Assembly (NCBI GenBank): GCA_041178425.1
Contig: JBEGVH010000021.1
Coordinates: 1 to 64,000, forward strand
DNA length: 64,000 nucleotides
Reading direction: 5' to 3'
Source: Pseudomonadota bacterium
GTDB taxonomy: Bacteria > Bdellovibrionota > Bdellovibrionia > Bdellovibrionales > Bdellovibrionaceae
This document shows positions 36,445 to 45,303 of this stretch, one piece after another; the first letter of the stretch is position 1; each line of letters starts with the position of its first letter. The position numbers were made by a program, and so were the translations under genes. Under the pieces are notes generated by a model, which worked only from the letters and a program-made list of their open reading frames with translations, had not been told where the DNA came from and ran no database searches.

Positions 36445-37836
36445 CTACATCCAGCTCGGGAACCAAACGCGCCAATGGTACTCAAGATCACTCAAAGGCA
36501 GCGCGTAAGTAAGAGGAGCAAAGAAACAAAAACTCACCAATACGCCTCCCAAGAAGAGCCAAACCAAGAATTGTTTTTTGATTTTGTCGATGACCACCGC
36601 CAAAATCATGAGCGCAACCACGAGAGCCACAAAGTAATGGTACAAAAACATCACTCGACCAATAAAAACAAAAGGCAAAAAATTAACTAAATAAAGAAAA
36701 CACAAAAAAAACTCCCTCGATGCCGAACCGTTGATCGGCTCAACCAACCAATCTCTCCAGCTCCGCCAAGAAAGATAGATAAAATAAATGACCATCAGAG
36801 ATGAGACCCACCAAAGCAAAGGATTGCCGACCAGATAAATACGCTCCTTCAATACTGAGTCTGTTTTACCCCAAAAATAAATCGGTCGACCAAGCACCGG
36901 CCAAGAATACCAGCGACTGGAGTATGGATGACTCTGGTTCATCCCTTTTTGATAACTCCACATCATTTTATTGAGCTCAATAAATTGACTCAATAAATTT
37001 GGTTTTTTTAAATCTGGCGACCCATGAAACCGGCTCCCTATCAGGCCACTTTGAAATTCGGCTGTCATAAAGTCATTGCCAATTCCCGAATTGGGGGTGG
37101 CCGCAAAGTGAATGGCAAAAATAATAAAATAAAAAACAAAAGCCACAGTCCAACCGGTGACTAGTTTGCGTAGGGCTAGGTTAAAATTTTTCTGAACCCA
37201 TCCCTCGCGCAACTCCCAAAGAGTGAGCACTCCAAGAAAACTCAACCCTGTCCACTTTATCGAAAAAGCGGCCGCCGCCAACAACCAGGCCGCCCACCAG
37301 AAAGCAGGTTTTTTTGTTCGCTGTGCCCAAACCCCAAACGCTAGAGACGCAAATCCAAAAAACAGTAAAAAGATATCAAACACAAAGGTACGCGAAATAA
37401 CCGTGAGGGCGTTTTCAAAAATAACAAACAGAGCCGCCAGCACTAAGACTCTTCGGGAGAAACCGAGACCTCTCATGATGAGGGCCACAGAGGTTGGGAC
37501 TAGAGCTCCCGCCAAGGCCGTCAATGATCGAAGCCAAACGTAGGTCGATTGGGTAAAAACGGTTCCAATTTTTTCGTAATTAAAGGTCGGATCGATACCA
37601 CCCCATTGAGCTGCCCACCAAAGCAGCAGCTTTCCGAGGGGTGGATGCAAGTCAAAGTAGTATTCCCCCTTGGCGTAGGCATTGAGGAATTTTCCGAAGG
37701 TGACCTCGTCAAAAACCACTGAACCAGGATAGGTTATGCGCCAAAGATGGACCAAAAGGCTCAGCCAAGTAATAAAAATGATATCTACTAAACTAACCGA
37801 CTGGCTCAGCTTTTTAAAAAACTCAATCAACTTCAC
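36445..37836 (-). CDS. PMT/GT39-like lipid-carrier-dependent protein glycosyltransferase
   Basis: VFDEV, FDLHPPLGK, SIKWTG, HPYSSRWYSWP, GNP and RVMFLYHY motifs. Confidence 0.88.
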   Translation of the reverse strand: MKLIEFFKKLSQSVSLVDIIFITWLSLLVHLWRITYPGSVVFDEVTFGKFLNAYAKGEYYFDLHPPLGKLLLWWAAQWGGIDPTFNYEKIGTVFTQSTYVWLRSLTALAGALVPTSVALIMRGLGFSRRVLVLAALFVIFENALTVISRTFVFDIFLLFFGFASLAFGVWAQRTKKPAFWWAAWLLAAAAFSIKWTGLSFLGVLTLWELREGWVQKNFNLALRKLVTGWTVAFVFYFIIFAIHFAATPNSGIGNDFMTAEFQSGLIGSRFHGSPDLKKPNLLSQFIELNKMMWSYQKGMNQSHPYSSRWYSWPVLGRPIYFWGKTDSVLKERIYLVGNPLLWWVSSLMVIYFIYLSWRSWRDWLVEPINGSASREFFLCFLYLVNFLPFVFIGRVMFLYHYFVALVVALMILAVVIDKIKKQFLVWLFLGGVLVSFCFFAPLTYALPLSDLEYHWRVWFPSWM

Positions 37837-37963
37837 GTATTAATCTTCCCGCCCACACCCCTTTTTTATCCAGCACAAAAAGGGGTGTTGAACGAATTGA
37901 CGCGGCCCGCTCCGTAGTTTTAAATTTTGACCAACATGGCCATTACGAGTAACCCCAAACCCA

Positions 37964-38557
37964 ATGATTAAGAACTTTTTATTATTTCTTCTTTTTTCAG
38001 TCTCCGCGGGCACCTCAAGGGTGGCCTTTGGGGTATTCGATCCTATCATTAAGGGTCGAGTAACTATTGAAGAAGGGTATTACCGCCTTATTCCTGAGGG
38101 CAGTACAAAAAAGTTTAATCTCATCATCACGGATGAACTTGTCCAATCCCGAATCCGTTGCCTCAAAGAAGGGGATTTTATCTCAGGCAATGCTTTGAGT
38201 GCCAATGAGAGTCAGATTCAACTTCACTCCATTGATTACGTGGGACTTACGGCTCTTTTTGGAACATGGAGAAATGAATCTGAGATTTTCCGTTTCGACG
38301 ATTTTCAAAACTTTCAATACTGGAACTTCAATAAAGCCAAGGAGCACTATCGTGGTCCTTTCGCCTATCACTATGCCCTCTCGCCTGCTGGTGAAGAGCT
38401 TGGTCTCTGTTCTTGGAAAATCTTTATTCTTGATAGCGTGGGCGTAACGCTCGGAACTTTAGAGTGGGCCGCCGACGACGAAATATTCCTTCAGGTTTAT
38501 GATTCTGAAACGGGTGAGGTTACCTCTAGCAAAAGGCTCATTCGCGGTGTACTCTGA
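37964..38557 (+). CDS. Secreted hypothetical protein
   Basis: 197-aa ORF with hydrophobic N-terminus, ending 7 bp before hutG. Confidence 0.65.
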   Translation: MIKNFLLFLLFSVSAGTSRVAFGVFDPIIKGRVTIEEGYYRLIPEGSTKKFNLIITDELVQSRIRCLKEGDFISGNALSANESQIQLHSIDYVGLTALFGTWRNESEIFRFDDFQNFQYWNFNKAKEHYRGPFAYHYALSPAGEELGLCSWKIFILDSVGVTLGTLEWAADDEIFLQVYDSETGEVTSSKRLIRGVL

Positions 38558-38564
38558 CGGAAGT

Positions 38565-39533
38565 ATGAAAAAGCTTCCATGGGCCCCCACATCAACCCAG
38601 TTATTCTTTTCTCGTAACGACCAATCAGATACCCGTTGGGGTGAGTTCGTCAATGAGGGAGACCCTCTTTCACCATCGAGCCCTTCACGATTTGGTCTCT
38701 GGGGATACGCTGACGATGAGGGCATCAAACTCAATGGCGGCAGAGTTGGAGCTAAGTTTGCTCCCGAATTTATACGACGTTTTTTTTATCGCCTCACTCC
38801 TCCTTTAAATACTGAACGCTATTTTCTCTCTGACTACGGAGATTGGCATCAAGGTGGTTCTCTCGGCGAACAAATTCAAACCATCAGCCTCATCCTCGCA
38901 AAAAAACTGGCTCTTCACCCAATGATCACCCTTGGGGGTGGCCATGACTATGGCGCTGTTGATGGTGCGGGCTTTCTTGAATGGCATCGAAACGCTCAAC
39001 AACTGCAAAAACCACTCATTATTAATTTTGATGCTCACCTTGACGTTCGCCCAACATCAAAGGGCCTAAACAGTGGCACTCCCTTCTCGTGGTTGCTCGA
39101 GAATCACCCAAATGGGTTTGAATTTATTGAAGTCGGTATCCAAAAACAATGCTCCAGCCCTCATCATCATCAATGGGCCAAGGAACAAGGAGCTGACATC
39201 CTCAATCTCGACTATGTTCAAAAAATTGGATTGGTGGCGGCTCTTCGACAACGACTTGCGGGGACCTCCCCCCAACAGCCGTGTTTTATTTCTATCGATA
39301 TCGATGTTTTTTCTCAACCTCTTGCCCCGGGATGCAGTCAGAGTTGGGATGCCGGCCTTCAATACCTTGAAGTGGTTGAGGCCATTCGATGGCTTGTAGA
39401 TCATAAAAAAGTTCACCTTTTAGGCATCTATGAAGTTTCTCCCCCTCTTGACGTCGACCATCGAACCTCGAAACTCGCCGCCTGCCTCGTAGACGACTTT
39501 ATTCGCCATCATTTTGGCTCGCTTAATCGATAA
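38565..39533 (+). CDS. hutG: Formimidoylglutamase (arginase family)
   Basis: DEGIKLNGGRVGA, LGGGHD, INFDAHLDVR, NSGTPF and SIDIDVF motifs. Start ATG 38565. Confidence 0.85.
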   Translation: MKKLPWAPTSTQLFFSRNDQSDTRWGEFVNEGDPLSPSSPSRFGLWGYADDEGIKLNGGRVGAKFAPEFIRRFFYRLTPPLNTERYFLSDYGDWHQGGSLGEQIQTISLILAKKLALHPMITLGGGHDYGAVDGAGFLEWHRNAQQLQKPLIINFDAHLDVRPTSKGLNSGTPFSWLLENHPNGFEFIEVGIQKQCSSPHHHQWAKEQGADILNLDYVQKIGLVAALRQRLAGTSPQQPCFISIDIDVFSQPLAPGCSQSWDAGLQYLEVVEAIRWLVDHKKVHLLGIYEVSPPLDVDHRTSKLAACLVDDFIRHHFGSLNR

Positions 39534-39617
39534 TTTTTTTATTCGGTTTACTAGACAAATCATCAAGAGTTCACAGACTTTTTACGTTAATCAACGTTTT
39601 GCAAAAGGAGTTCTAAC

Positions 39618-41474
39618 ATGAAGCAAACGCAGGCTTTTCAAGCTGAAATCAAGCAGCTATTGGATCTCATGATCCATTCACTTTATTCTCACAAGGAGAT
39701 CTTCCTCAGAGAACTCATTTCTAACGCATCAGATGCCTGTGATAAGCGTAAATTTATGTCGCTGACCGATGAGAGCCTTTTGCCCGGAGGCACGGAACTC
39801 GAAATTCAACTCGAAATCGACAAAGAGAACAAGCTTCTCCGCATTATTGATAACGGTGTGGGAATGACTCTCGAAGAGGCAACAAAGAATCTTGGAACTA
39901 TCGCTCATTCAGGCACAAAAGAACTTCTGAAGCATGTTCAAGAAGCTAAAGAACGCCCTGAACTCATTGGTCAATTTGGTGTGGGTTTTTATTCCGCTTT
40001 TATGGTTGCCGACCGAGTCACCGTTCATACACAAAAAGTTGGAACTAACGATGGTATTCTCTGGGAATCCACGGGCGATGGAACCTTCACCACTGATCAG
40101 ATTCCTCGCCCCTTTGGAGCTGGAACAACAATCACTCTTCACCTCAAGGCTGTAGATGCCAATGAAGAAGACACGCAAGATTTCACTGCCGAATGGACTC
40201 TCAAAGGCCTCATTAAGCGTTACAGTGATTTCATTCGCTACCCAATTAAAATGAAAAACGACAAGGGTGAGTTCGAAACTTTGAACTCACAAAAAGCTCT
40301 CTGGTTGAAATCACCTTCAGAAATTAATGAAGAAGAGTACAAAGAGTTTTACCAACAGATCAGTCACGACTGGCAAGCTCCTATCAAAACCATTCACTAC
40401 AAGGCAGAAGGCACCATGGAGTTTCACTCCATGCTCTTTATTCCTTCAAAGCAACCTTGGAACTACTATTCACGCGACTGGGAGCACGGGCTCAATCTTT
40501 ACGTGAAGCGCGTTTTCATTATGAACGACTGTAAAGATTTACTACCGCCTTACTTACGTTTTGTTCGTGGGCTCGTAGATAGCTCAGACTTATCACTGAA
40601 TGTGTCTCGCGAAATGCTTCAGCAAGACCGCCAAGTGGGAGCCATTAGAAAATCTCTCACCACTAAAGTTCTAAACACACTCAAAGATTGGTTGCAGAAA
40701 AACCGAGCTGAGTACGAAACCTTTTGGGCTGAATTTGGACCAACGATCAAAGAGGGTATCCCCAATGATCCATCCACCAAGGAAAAGATCCAAGATCTCC
40801 TCTTATTTCGTACAACGGCCAATGATCAATGGATCACCTTAGATGAATATGTTCAACAAAAGCCAGAAGATCAAAAGGCGATCTACTTTCTTGCAGGCGA
40901 ATCAATCGACCAGCTAAAGGCAAGCCCTTACTTGGAAAAACTTAAAAAGAAGGGCTACAATGTTCTTCTTTGCGTAGACCCAGTGGATGAGTGGGTCACT
41001 AAAACAATGAGCCAATACAAAGAGATCAAGCTCCAATCAGTAACAGAAGAAAACCTCGATCTTTCTACTGAAGAAGAAAAACAGGAGTTCAAAGACCTCG
41101 AAGGCCGCTTCGAACCACTTGTTAAAAATATCAAGACGTATCTTGAACAACAGGTTAAAGATGTTCGTCTTACCGATCGATTAACAGACACTCCCGCTTG
41201 CTTGGTTTCGAGTTCTGATGCCATGAGTGCTCACATGGAGCAGCTATTAGCAAAAATGGGAAAAGAGGGCCTTGGTCTCTCCAAACGAATTCTCGAGGTC
41301 AATCCAAAGCACCCGCTCATCGAAAGAATGCTCGTTTGCAAAGATGACACTCAAAAGCAGTGGGCTGAAATTCTTTACAATCAAGCACTTCTTTTTGAGG
41401 GGTCTCCGCTTCCTGAACCACTCAAATTTGCTCAGTCAATCAATGAACTGATGCTCAATCAGAACAGTTTATAG
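39618..41474 (+). CDS. htpG: Hsp90 chaperone HtpG
   Basis: FQAEIKQLL, YSHKEIFLRELISNASDA, IGQFGVGFYSAF and LNVSREMLQ motifs. Confidence 0.97.
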   Translation: MKQTQAFQAEIKQLLDLMIHSLYSHKEIFLRELISNASDACDKRKFMSLTDESLLPGGTELEIQLEIDKENKLLRIIDNGVGMTLEEATKNLGTIAHSGTKELLKHVQEAKERPELIGQFGVGFYSAFMVADRVTVHTQKVGTNDGILWESTGDGTFTTDQIPRPFGAGTTITLHLKAVDANEEDTQDFTAEWTLKGLIKRYSDFIRYPIKMKNDKGEFETLNSQKALWLKSPSEINEEEYKEFYQQISHDWQAPIKTIHYKAEGTMEFHSMLFIPSKQPWNYYSRDWEHGLNLYVKRVFIMNDCKDLLPPYLRFVRGLVDSSDLSLNVSREMLQQDRQVGAIRKSLTTKVLNTLKDWLQKNRAEYETFWAEFGPTIKEGIPNDPSTKEKIQDLLLFRTTANDQWITLDEYVQQKPEDQKAIYFLAGESIDQLKASPYLEKLKKKGYNVLLCVDPVDEWVTKTMSQYKEIKLQSVTEENLDLSTEEEKQEFKDLEGRFEPLVKNIKTYLEQQVKDVRLTDRLTDTPACLVSSSDAMSAHMEQLLAKMGKEGLGLSKRILEVNPKHPLIERMLVCKDDTQKQWAEILYNQALLFEGSPLPEPLKFAQSINELMLNQNSL

Positions 41475-41490
41475 TTATTATTTTTTAGAG

Positions 41491-41520
41491 AAACCGCCGG
41501 GGTAAAAGCTCCGGTGGTTT
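41491..41520. terminator. Bidirectional intrinsic terminator
   Basis: AAACCGCCGGGG...CTCCGGTGGTTT between convergent genes. Confidence 0.75.
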
Positions 41521-41528
41521 TAAGATAC

Positions 41529-42395
41529 CTAGGTTGCCGCAATTTTTTCTGCTAGTTCTAAAATGGCAGATCCGTAATCATCTGAATGATTATATTTAAA
41601 GAGTGCTTTTTTATAAGACTTTGACTTTCCTAACTTAAATCCGTTTTTTCGCAAGTAATTAGCAACACTGATAATGGCATCCTCAGGCTCATATAAATCG
41701 GCTACCTTTTTTTCATCAAAACTTTTGGCCCAAACCAAATAGCTCGACGGAAGAAACTGCGCATACCCAAAGGCCCCAGAATAAGAGCCTTTGAGTTCAG
41801 CGACGGTTGAGGGTTTCTTTTTGTTCATTTTATAAAGGGCCCAAAGCTCACCGACCGCCCATTGCCCTTTCGTTGCAGCCCTTGTTTTTACCAAGGCTTT
41901 CATTTTTACTGTTGGTTTTGGATGTTTTGTTTTTAGTTCGGTCAATAACATTTGTTGATACTCTTCACTCTCCGCCAGCAAAAGACTCATATAGACACTC
42001 GCCACATGATACCGCCCGTGATTTTCACCAAATCGGGACTCCACCCACAATAAAGCGGCAATGATCTCTTTTTTTACACCTAATTGAACCTCAGCTTTTT
42101 CAAAGGCCTTGTCATGCTTTTTGAGAAACTCACGACATCGCTTAATACTATCTGTTGTAACGTGACCACTATAATCGGGAGAGAGCAAAAAACCTAAAAT
42201 ATTGAGCTTCACCACTTGTTCGCCCTTAGAACTGTCGTAGGATTTTATCAACTGCTCAATGTAGGCTTTTGGAAAGCCCTTGCTTTTGAGACGCTTTTCA
42301 ATTTTACCCGTAATAGTCAGAGGAACAGATGATTTTGCACCTGTCACAAGAGAAAAGAACATTAAACACAGAATGGTGCTTATGATTTTGAGCAT
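41529..42395 (-). CDS. MltB/SLT_2-type lytic murein transglycosylase
   Basis: LWVESRFG, GSYSGAFGYAQFLPSSY, DAIISVANYL and YNHS motifs. Signal peptide from ATG 42395. Confidence 0.9.
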   Translation of the reverse strand: MLKIISTILCLMFFSLVTGAKSSVPLTITGKIEKRLKSKGFPKAYIEQLIKSYDSSKGEQVVKLNILGFLLSPDYSGHVTTDSIKRCREFLKKHDKAFEKAEVQLGVKKEIIAALLWVESRFGENHGRYHVASVYMSLLLAESEEYQQMLLTELKTKHPKPTVKMKALVKTRAATKGQWAVGELWALYKMNKKKPSTVAELKGSYSGAFGYAQFLPSSYLVWAKSFDEKKVADLYEPEDAIISVANYLRKNGFKLGKSKSYKKALFKYNHSDDYGSAILELAEKIAAT

Positions 42396-42495
42396 TCTCT
42401 TAGTATAGAGGTGCATTCCTATTTTGCAAATGAGTGTCTCGCTTTGAGGCACTCATTGGAGGTTTTAAAAAAGTGATGATCAAAAAAGAGAACAG

Positions 42496-42900
42496 CTACT
42501 TTTTCGTCGATTTATAGTACAAGACTAAATCTGACGAATCATTGTCGACGGATTGATGAAAGCTGAGACCCTGGAGTTGAGACTCTTTTTCGATGTCAAT
42601 CCATACGCCCTGGCTGGAGTTAGACGAACCCGTGATAAAATAGAGAACCTCAAATGTTTTTTGAGGAGCCTTTTCTCGACTAAACTCCCTTAGAAAAAAA
42701 TGAACGTTAAATTGGCGCGCACCACAGTTAACTACCCAGTCGTTCATCTCGGCGTTTTGAAGCGTATGAGAACAAGAATAGAAAAAGCTTCCATCGTTTG
42801 CGGCCCAATTAAATCGTAAATTCTTTGAATCCACCGACATTGCCCCCGAAAAAGGGCAAAACAAAAGAGTGCTCAGTAAACAAATTTTAAAAAGTGACAT
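42496..42900 (-). CDS. Small secreted hypothetical protein
   Basis: GGAGGG RBS before ATG 42900, signal peptide, Cys pair. Confidence 0.65.
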   Translation of the reverse strand: MSLFKICLLSTLLFCPFSGAMSVDSKNLRFNWAANDGSFFYSCSHTLQNAEMNDWVVNCGARQFNVHFFLREFSREKAPQKTFEVLYFITGSSNSSQGVWIDIEKESQLQGLSFHQSVDNDSSDLVLYYKSTKK

Positions 42901-43106
42901 GGATAACTTCCCCTCCAATGATTCGTCGCTCGCGTATCATTATCATTTAGCTATAGAGATTTTATTAAGCTTCTATGACAACGCTCAAAGAACCTCAGTC
43001 CTTGAGGCTATTTTTCTCAGCACGCCCCTGTCAATCTTAGTTCTCTTTGTGAAAATCAATTGAACCTATTAGTCCATCAATAACATTAGTTTATCGGGAG
43101 GATAAT

Positions 43107-43643
43107 ATGCGTAAATATTTTGAAACACTTTTTTGTATCACCTGCTTTGCCTTTTATTTGGACTTACCACAGGCCCGAGCCGACGAAGACCTCTTTATTG
43201 CTCCACCGAACATTTCTTTGAGACCTCCGAATCCTCCCTCCCATCGACCACCGCCACCTCCTCCTTCCCATCGTCCACCACCACCTCCTCCTCCTTACCA
43301 TCGACCACCGCCACCGCCTCCTCCTTACCATCGACCACCGCCACCGCCTCCTCCTCACCATCGACCGCCACCCTACCATCCACCATCGCGGCCCTACTAT
43401 CCTCCAACACCACCACCTTATTATCCTCCACCCAGAAGCTACTCGGCGATGCTTAGCTGTTTTAGTATTAATCGGGGTTACAACGAGTGCTACGTTCGCG
43501 GATATATTCAACGAGCAGGAATTTATGAACAATATTCCCGTACACGCTGCGAGTATGGATATAGCTGGGGATTCTATAGAGACCGAATTTGGGTGGATCA
43601 TGGATGTCGTGCTCACTTCTGGATCGACGACAGGCCCTACTAG
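43107..43643 (+). CDS. Secreted proline-rich protein with DUF3011-like C-terminal domain
   Basis: GGAGG RBS, signal peptide, HRPPPPPPP repeats, and QYSRTRCEYGYSWG...IWVDHGCRAHF. Confidence 0.8.
   Translation: MRKYFETLFCITCFAFYLDLPQARADEDLFIAPPNISLRPPNPPSHRPPPPPPSHRPPPPPPPYHRPPPPPPPYHRPPPPPPPHHRPPPYHPPSRPYYPPTPPPYYPPPRSYSAMLSCFSINRGYNECYVRGYIQRAGIYEQYSRTRCEYGYSWGFYRDRIWVDHGCRAHFWIDDRPY
43242..43380. repeat. 27-30 bp coding tandem repeats (HRPPPPPP(P)S/Y/H)
   Basis: Four full units and one partial unit, each starting CATCG(A/T)CC. Confidence 0.85.
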
Positions 43644-43960
43644 TTATATTTACCTTCGCCCGGTGACTATTATACTGTCATCGGGTGACTTGGTTTAGGT
43701 GTATCATGCCGGCACCCACTCAAAAATGCCAAATCGCTGCGCGACTAGGCCTCATTTTGTCACTAAAAAACCCATGTCATTTTAACAACTTATTCGATCA
43801 ATGAATTCCATTATTCATTTACGATATAGCTACTGCGGTTATGAATACTTTTGATTTGGACGCAACCCTTCAGTTTCTCACTACTTACTCTAAAACCGCC
43901 CTTCAACGCAAAATCACCCACCACAGAGTTTTAGATTTTCTTAACACTCAACTCAAACGT

Positions 43961-43976
43961 TGGAATGGTTCTGGCA
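43961..43976 (+). promoter_or_regulatory. Possible sigma54 promoter
   Basis: TGGAATGGTTCTGGCA fits GG-N10-GC, upstream of ATG 44037. Confidence 0.4.
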
Positions 43977-44036
43977 CTTAGAGACGCGAAACAAAACAAA
44001 CACGAGTGAACACAAACAATAAAAGGAGAAGTTGAT

Positions 44037-45245
44037 ATGATCACTTTAAAAGGAAAAATGTTATTGGCGATTTCGACAATGATCGTCGGACAAACTGGTT
44101 TTGCAAAAGGAGAATGGGATAACTTTCGCGAAGCCACGCCTGAAGCTCTGTTTGGTAACCAGACCCAAGAGTCGATTCAAAATAGTAACTACACTGTGCG
44201 TTCTGGCAAAATGAACTCTCAAATGAAAGAAGTCGTTTACCGTTGCCAAGGCGTGAACACCAGCATCGAGATGGCTCAGTTTCAAGGAATGGTTCTTACC
44301 GATGGAATCACAATCAGCGCACTTTACTCAAAGAGCTCCGGTAAATTGGTCTCCATCTTAGCGCGTGGAAAAATCAAGTCTCAGGGAATAACGAAAAATA
44401 TGCTTATGGCCCTCGACGCAAAAGACTGTAGCGTGGATTCCTACGAGAAAGACTATTTTGGTTACCGCCCAACAAAAAATCAGAGCCCGTCAACCCCAAG
44501 ATCATCGGCACCCATGGACCCCGCGATGCCTCAATCAGCACCCCAACCACAAGCCTGTGACATCGCCGTTCGTCTCAATGAATCCAACAGTGATCGCGGC
44601 CACGTTGCCATCAGCTGCCGCTACCAAACGAAGGCTCGCATCTTCGTCAAAGAAGGATCAACTATTCTTTGTGACGAAAAAACCTATGTCGGGCCAGCAA
44701 CAACAAAACAATGTGATTTTGAACGAGACACAACAAGACCCTCAAAGGTACAAGTTGAAGTCACCACCGAAACACGAAGCTTTAAAACTTCACAAAAGTT
44801 TTCAAAGGCTCCCAGCTTTCTTCACCCCGTTCAGGCGAGCTACCAAATGACTAGCAATTACAGTCAAGCCTCTGCCTCTGCTGAGAATTTTCCATTTCGA
44901 GGAACAAGCTTTAAGAGCGAGATCAAAGTTCAAGTAGAAGACCAAGATATTTTAACTATCGATCCAGAAAACGAAATCCGCGTTGATCTTGTGAATCTAA
45001 AGACTGGAAAAATCGTTGGCCAACGCTATCTTTCAACAGGCGCCACAACCACTTTTTATCTCACAGGTTTTTTTGAGGTTCCAAGACTTTTCGGTAAGCC
45101 CCATTGGTCGAACAGCCGCATTCTTCAACCGGGAATTAATGAATTTGCGGTTGTTGTTCATGATGCTTATCAAGAAGAGCCTGCCAATGCACTTAAACTT
45201 GAAACGATTCGCATTGAAGTTCCAGAGATGGATTCGCAAAAATAA
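44037..45245 (+). CDS. Secreted multi-domain hypothetical protein
   Basis: AAGGAG RBS, signal peptide, Pro-rich linker and beta-rich domains with Cys pairs. Confidence 0.75.
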   Translation: MITLKGKMLLAISTMIVGQTGFAKGEWDNFREATPEALFGNQTQESIQNSNYTVRSGKMNSQMKEVVYRCQGVNTSIEMAQFQGMVLTDGITISALYSKSSGKLVSILARGKIKSQGITKNMLMALDAKDCSVDSYEKDYFGYRPTKNQSPSTPRSSAPMDPAMPQSAPQPQACDIAVRLNESNSDRGHVAISCRYQTKARIFVKEGSTILCDEKTYVGPATTKQCDFERDTTRPSKVQVEVTTETRSFKTSQKFSKAPSFLHPVQASYQMTSNYSQASASAENFPFRGTSFKSEIKVQVEDQDILTIDPENEIRVDLVNLKTGKIVGQRYLSTGATTTFYLTGFFEVPRLFGKPHWSNSRILQPGINEFAVVVHDAYQEEPANALKLETIRIEVPEMDSQK

Positions 45246-45267
45246 AATCAACTGGTAAATTACTTCG

Positions 45268-45303
45268 AAAACGCACTGAGGCCCATCCTCGGTGCGTTTT
45301 TTT
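45268..45303. terminator. Bidirectional intrinsic terminator
   Basis: AAAACGCACTGAGG...CCTCGGTGCGTTTT between convergent genes. Confidence 0.8.

Noticed and set aside
37855..37888. 12-bp inverted repeat ACACCCCTTTTT / AAAAAGGGGTGT between divergent genes
   Set aside because: Real but single-copy, not positioned as a terminator, and no function can be supported from sequence alone.
43164..43616. Arg/Trp-rich and Val/Glu-rich antisense ORFs
   Set aside because: Shadow frames of the proline-repeat gene, which has the RBS, signal peptide and recognisable head domain.
43850..43885. GGACGCAA resembling part of a c-di-GMP-I riboswitch
   Set aside because: The upstream GGCAAA/GAAA tetraloop stem required for the aptamer is absent.
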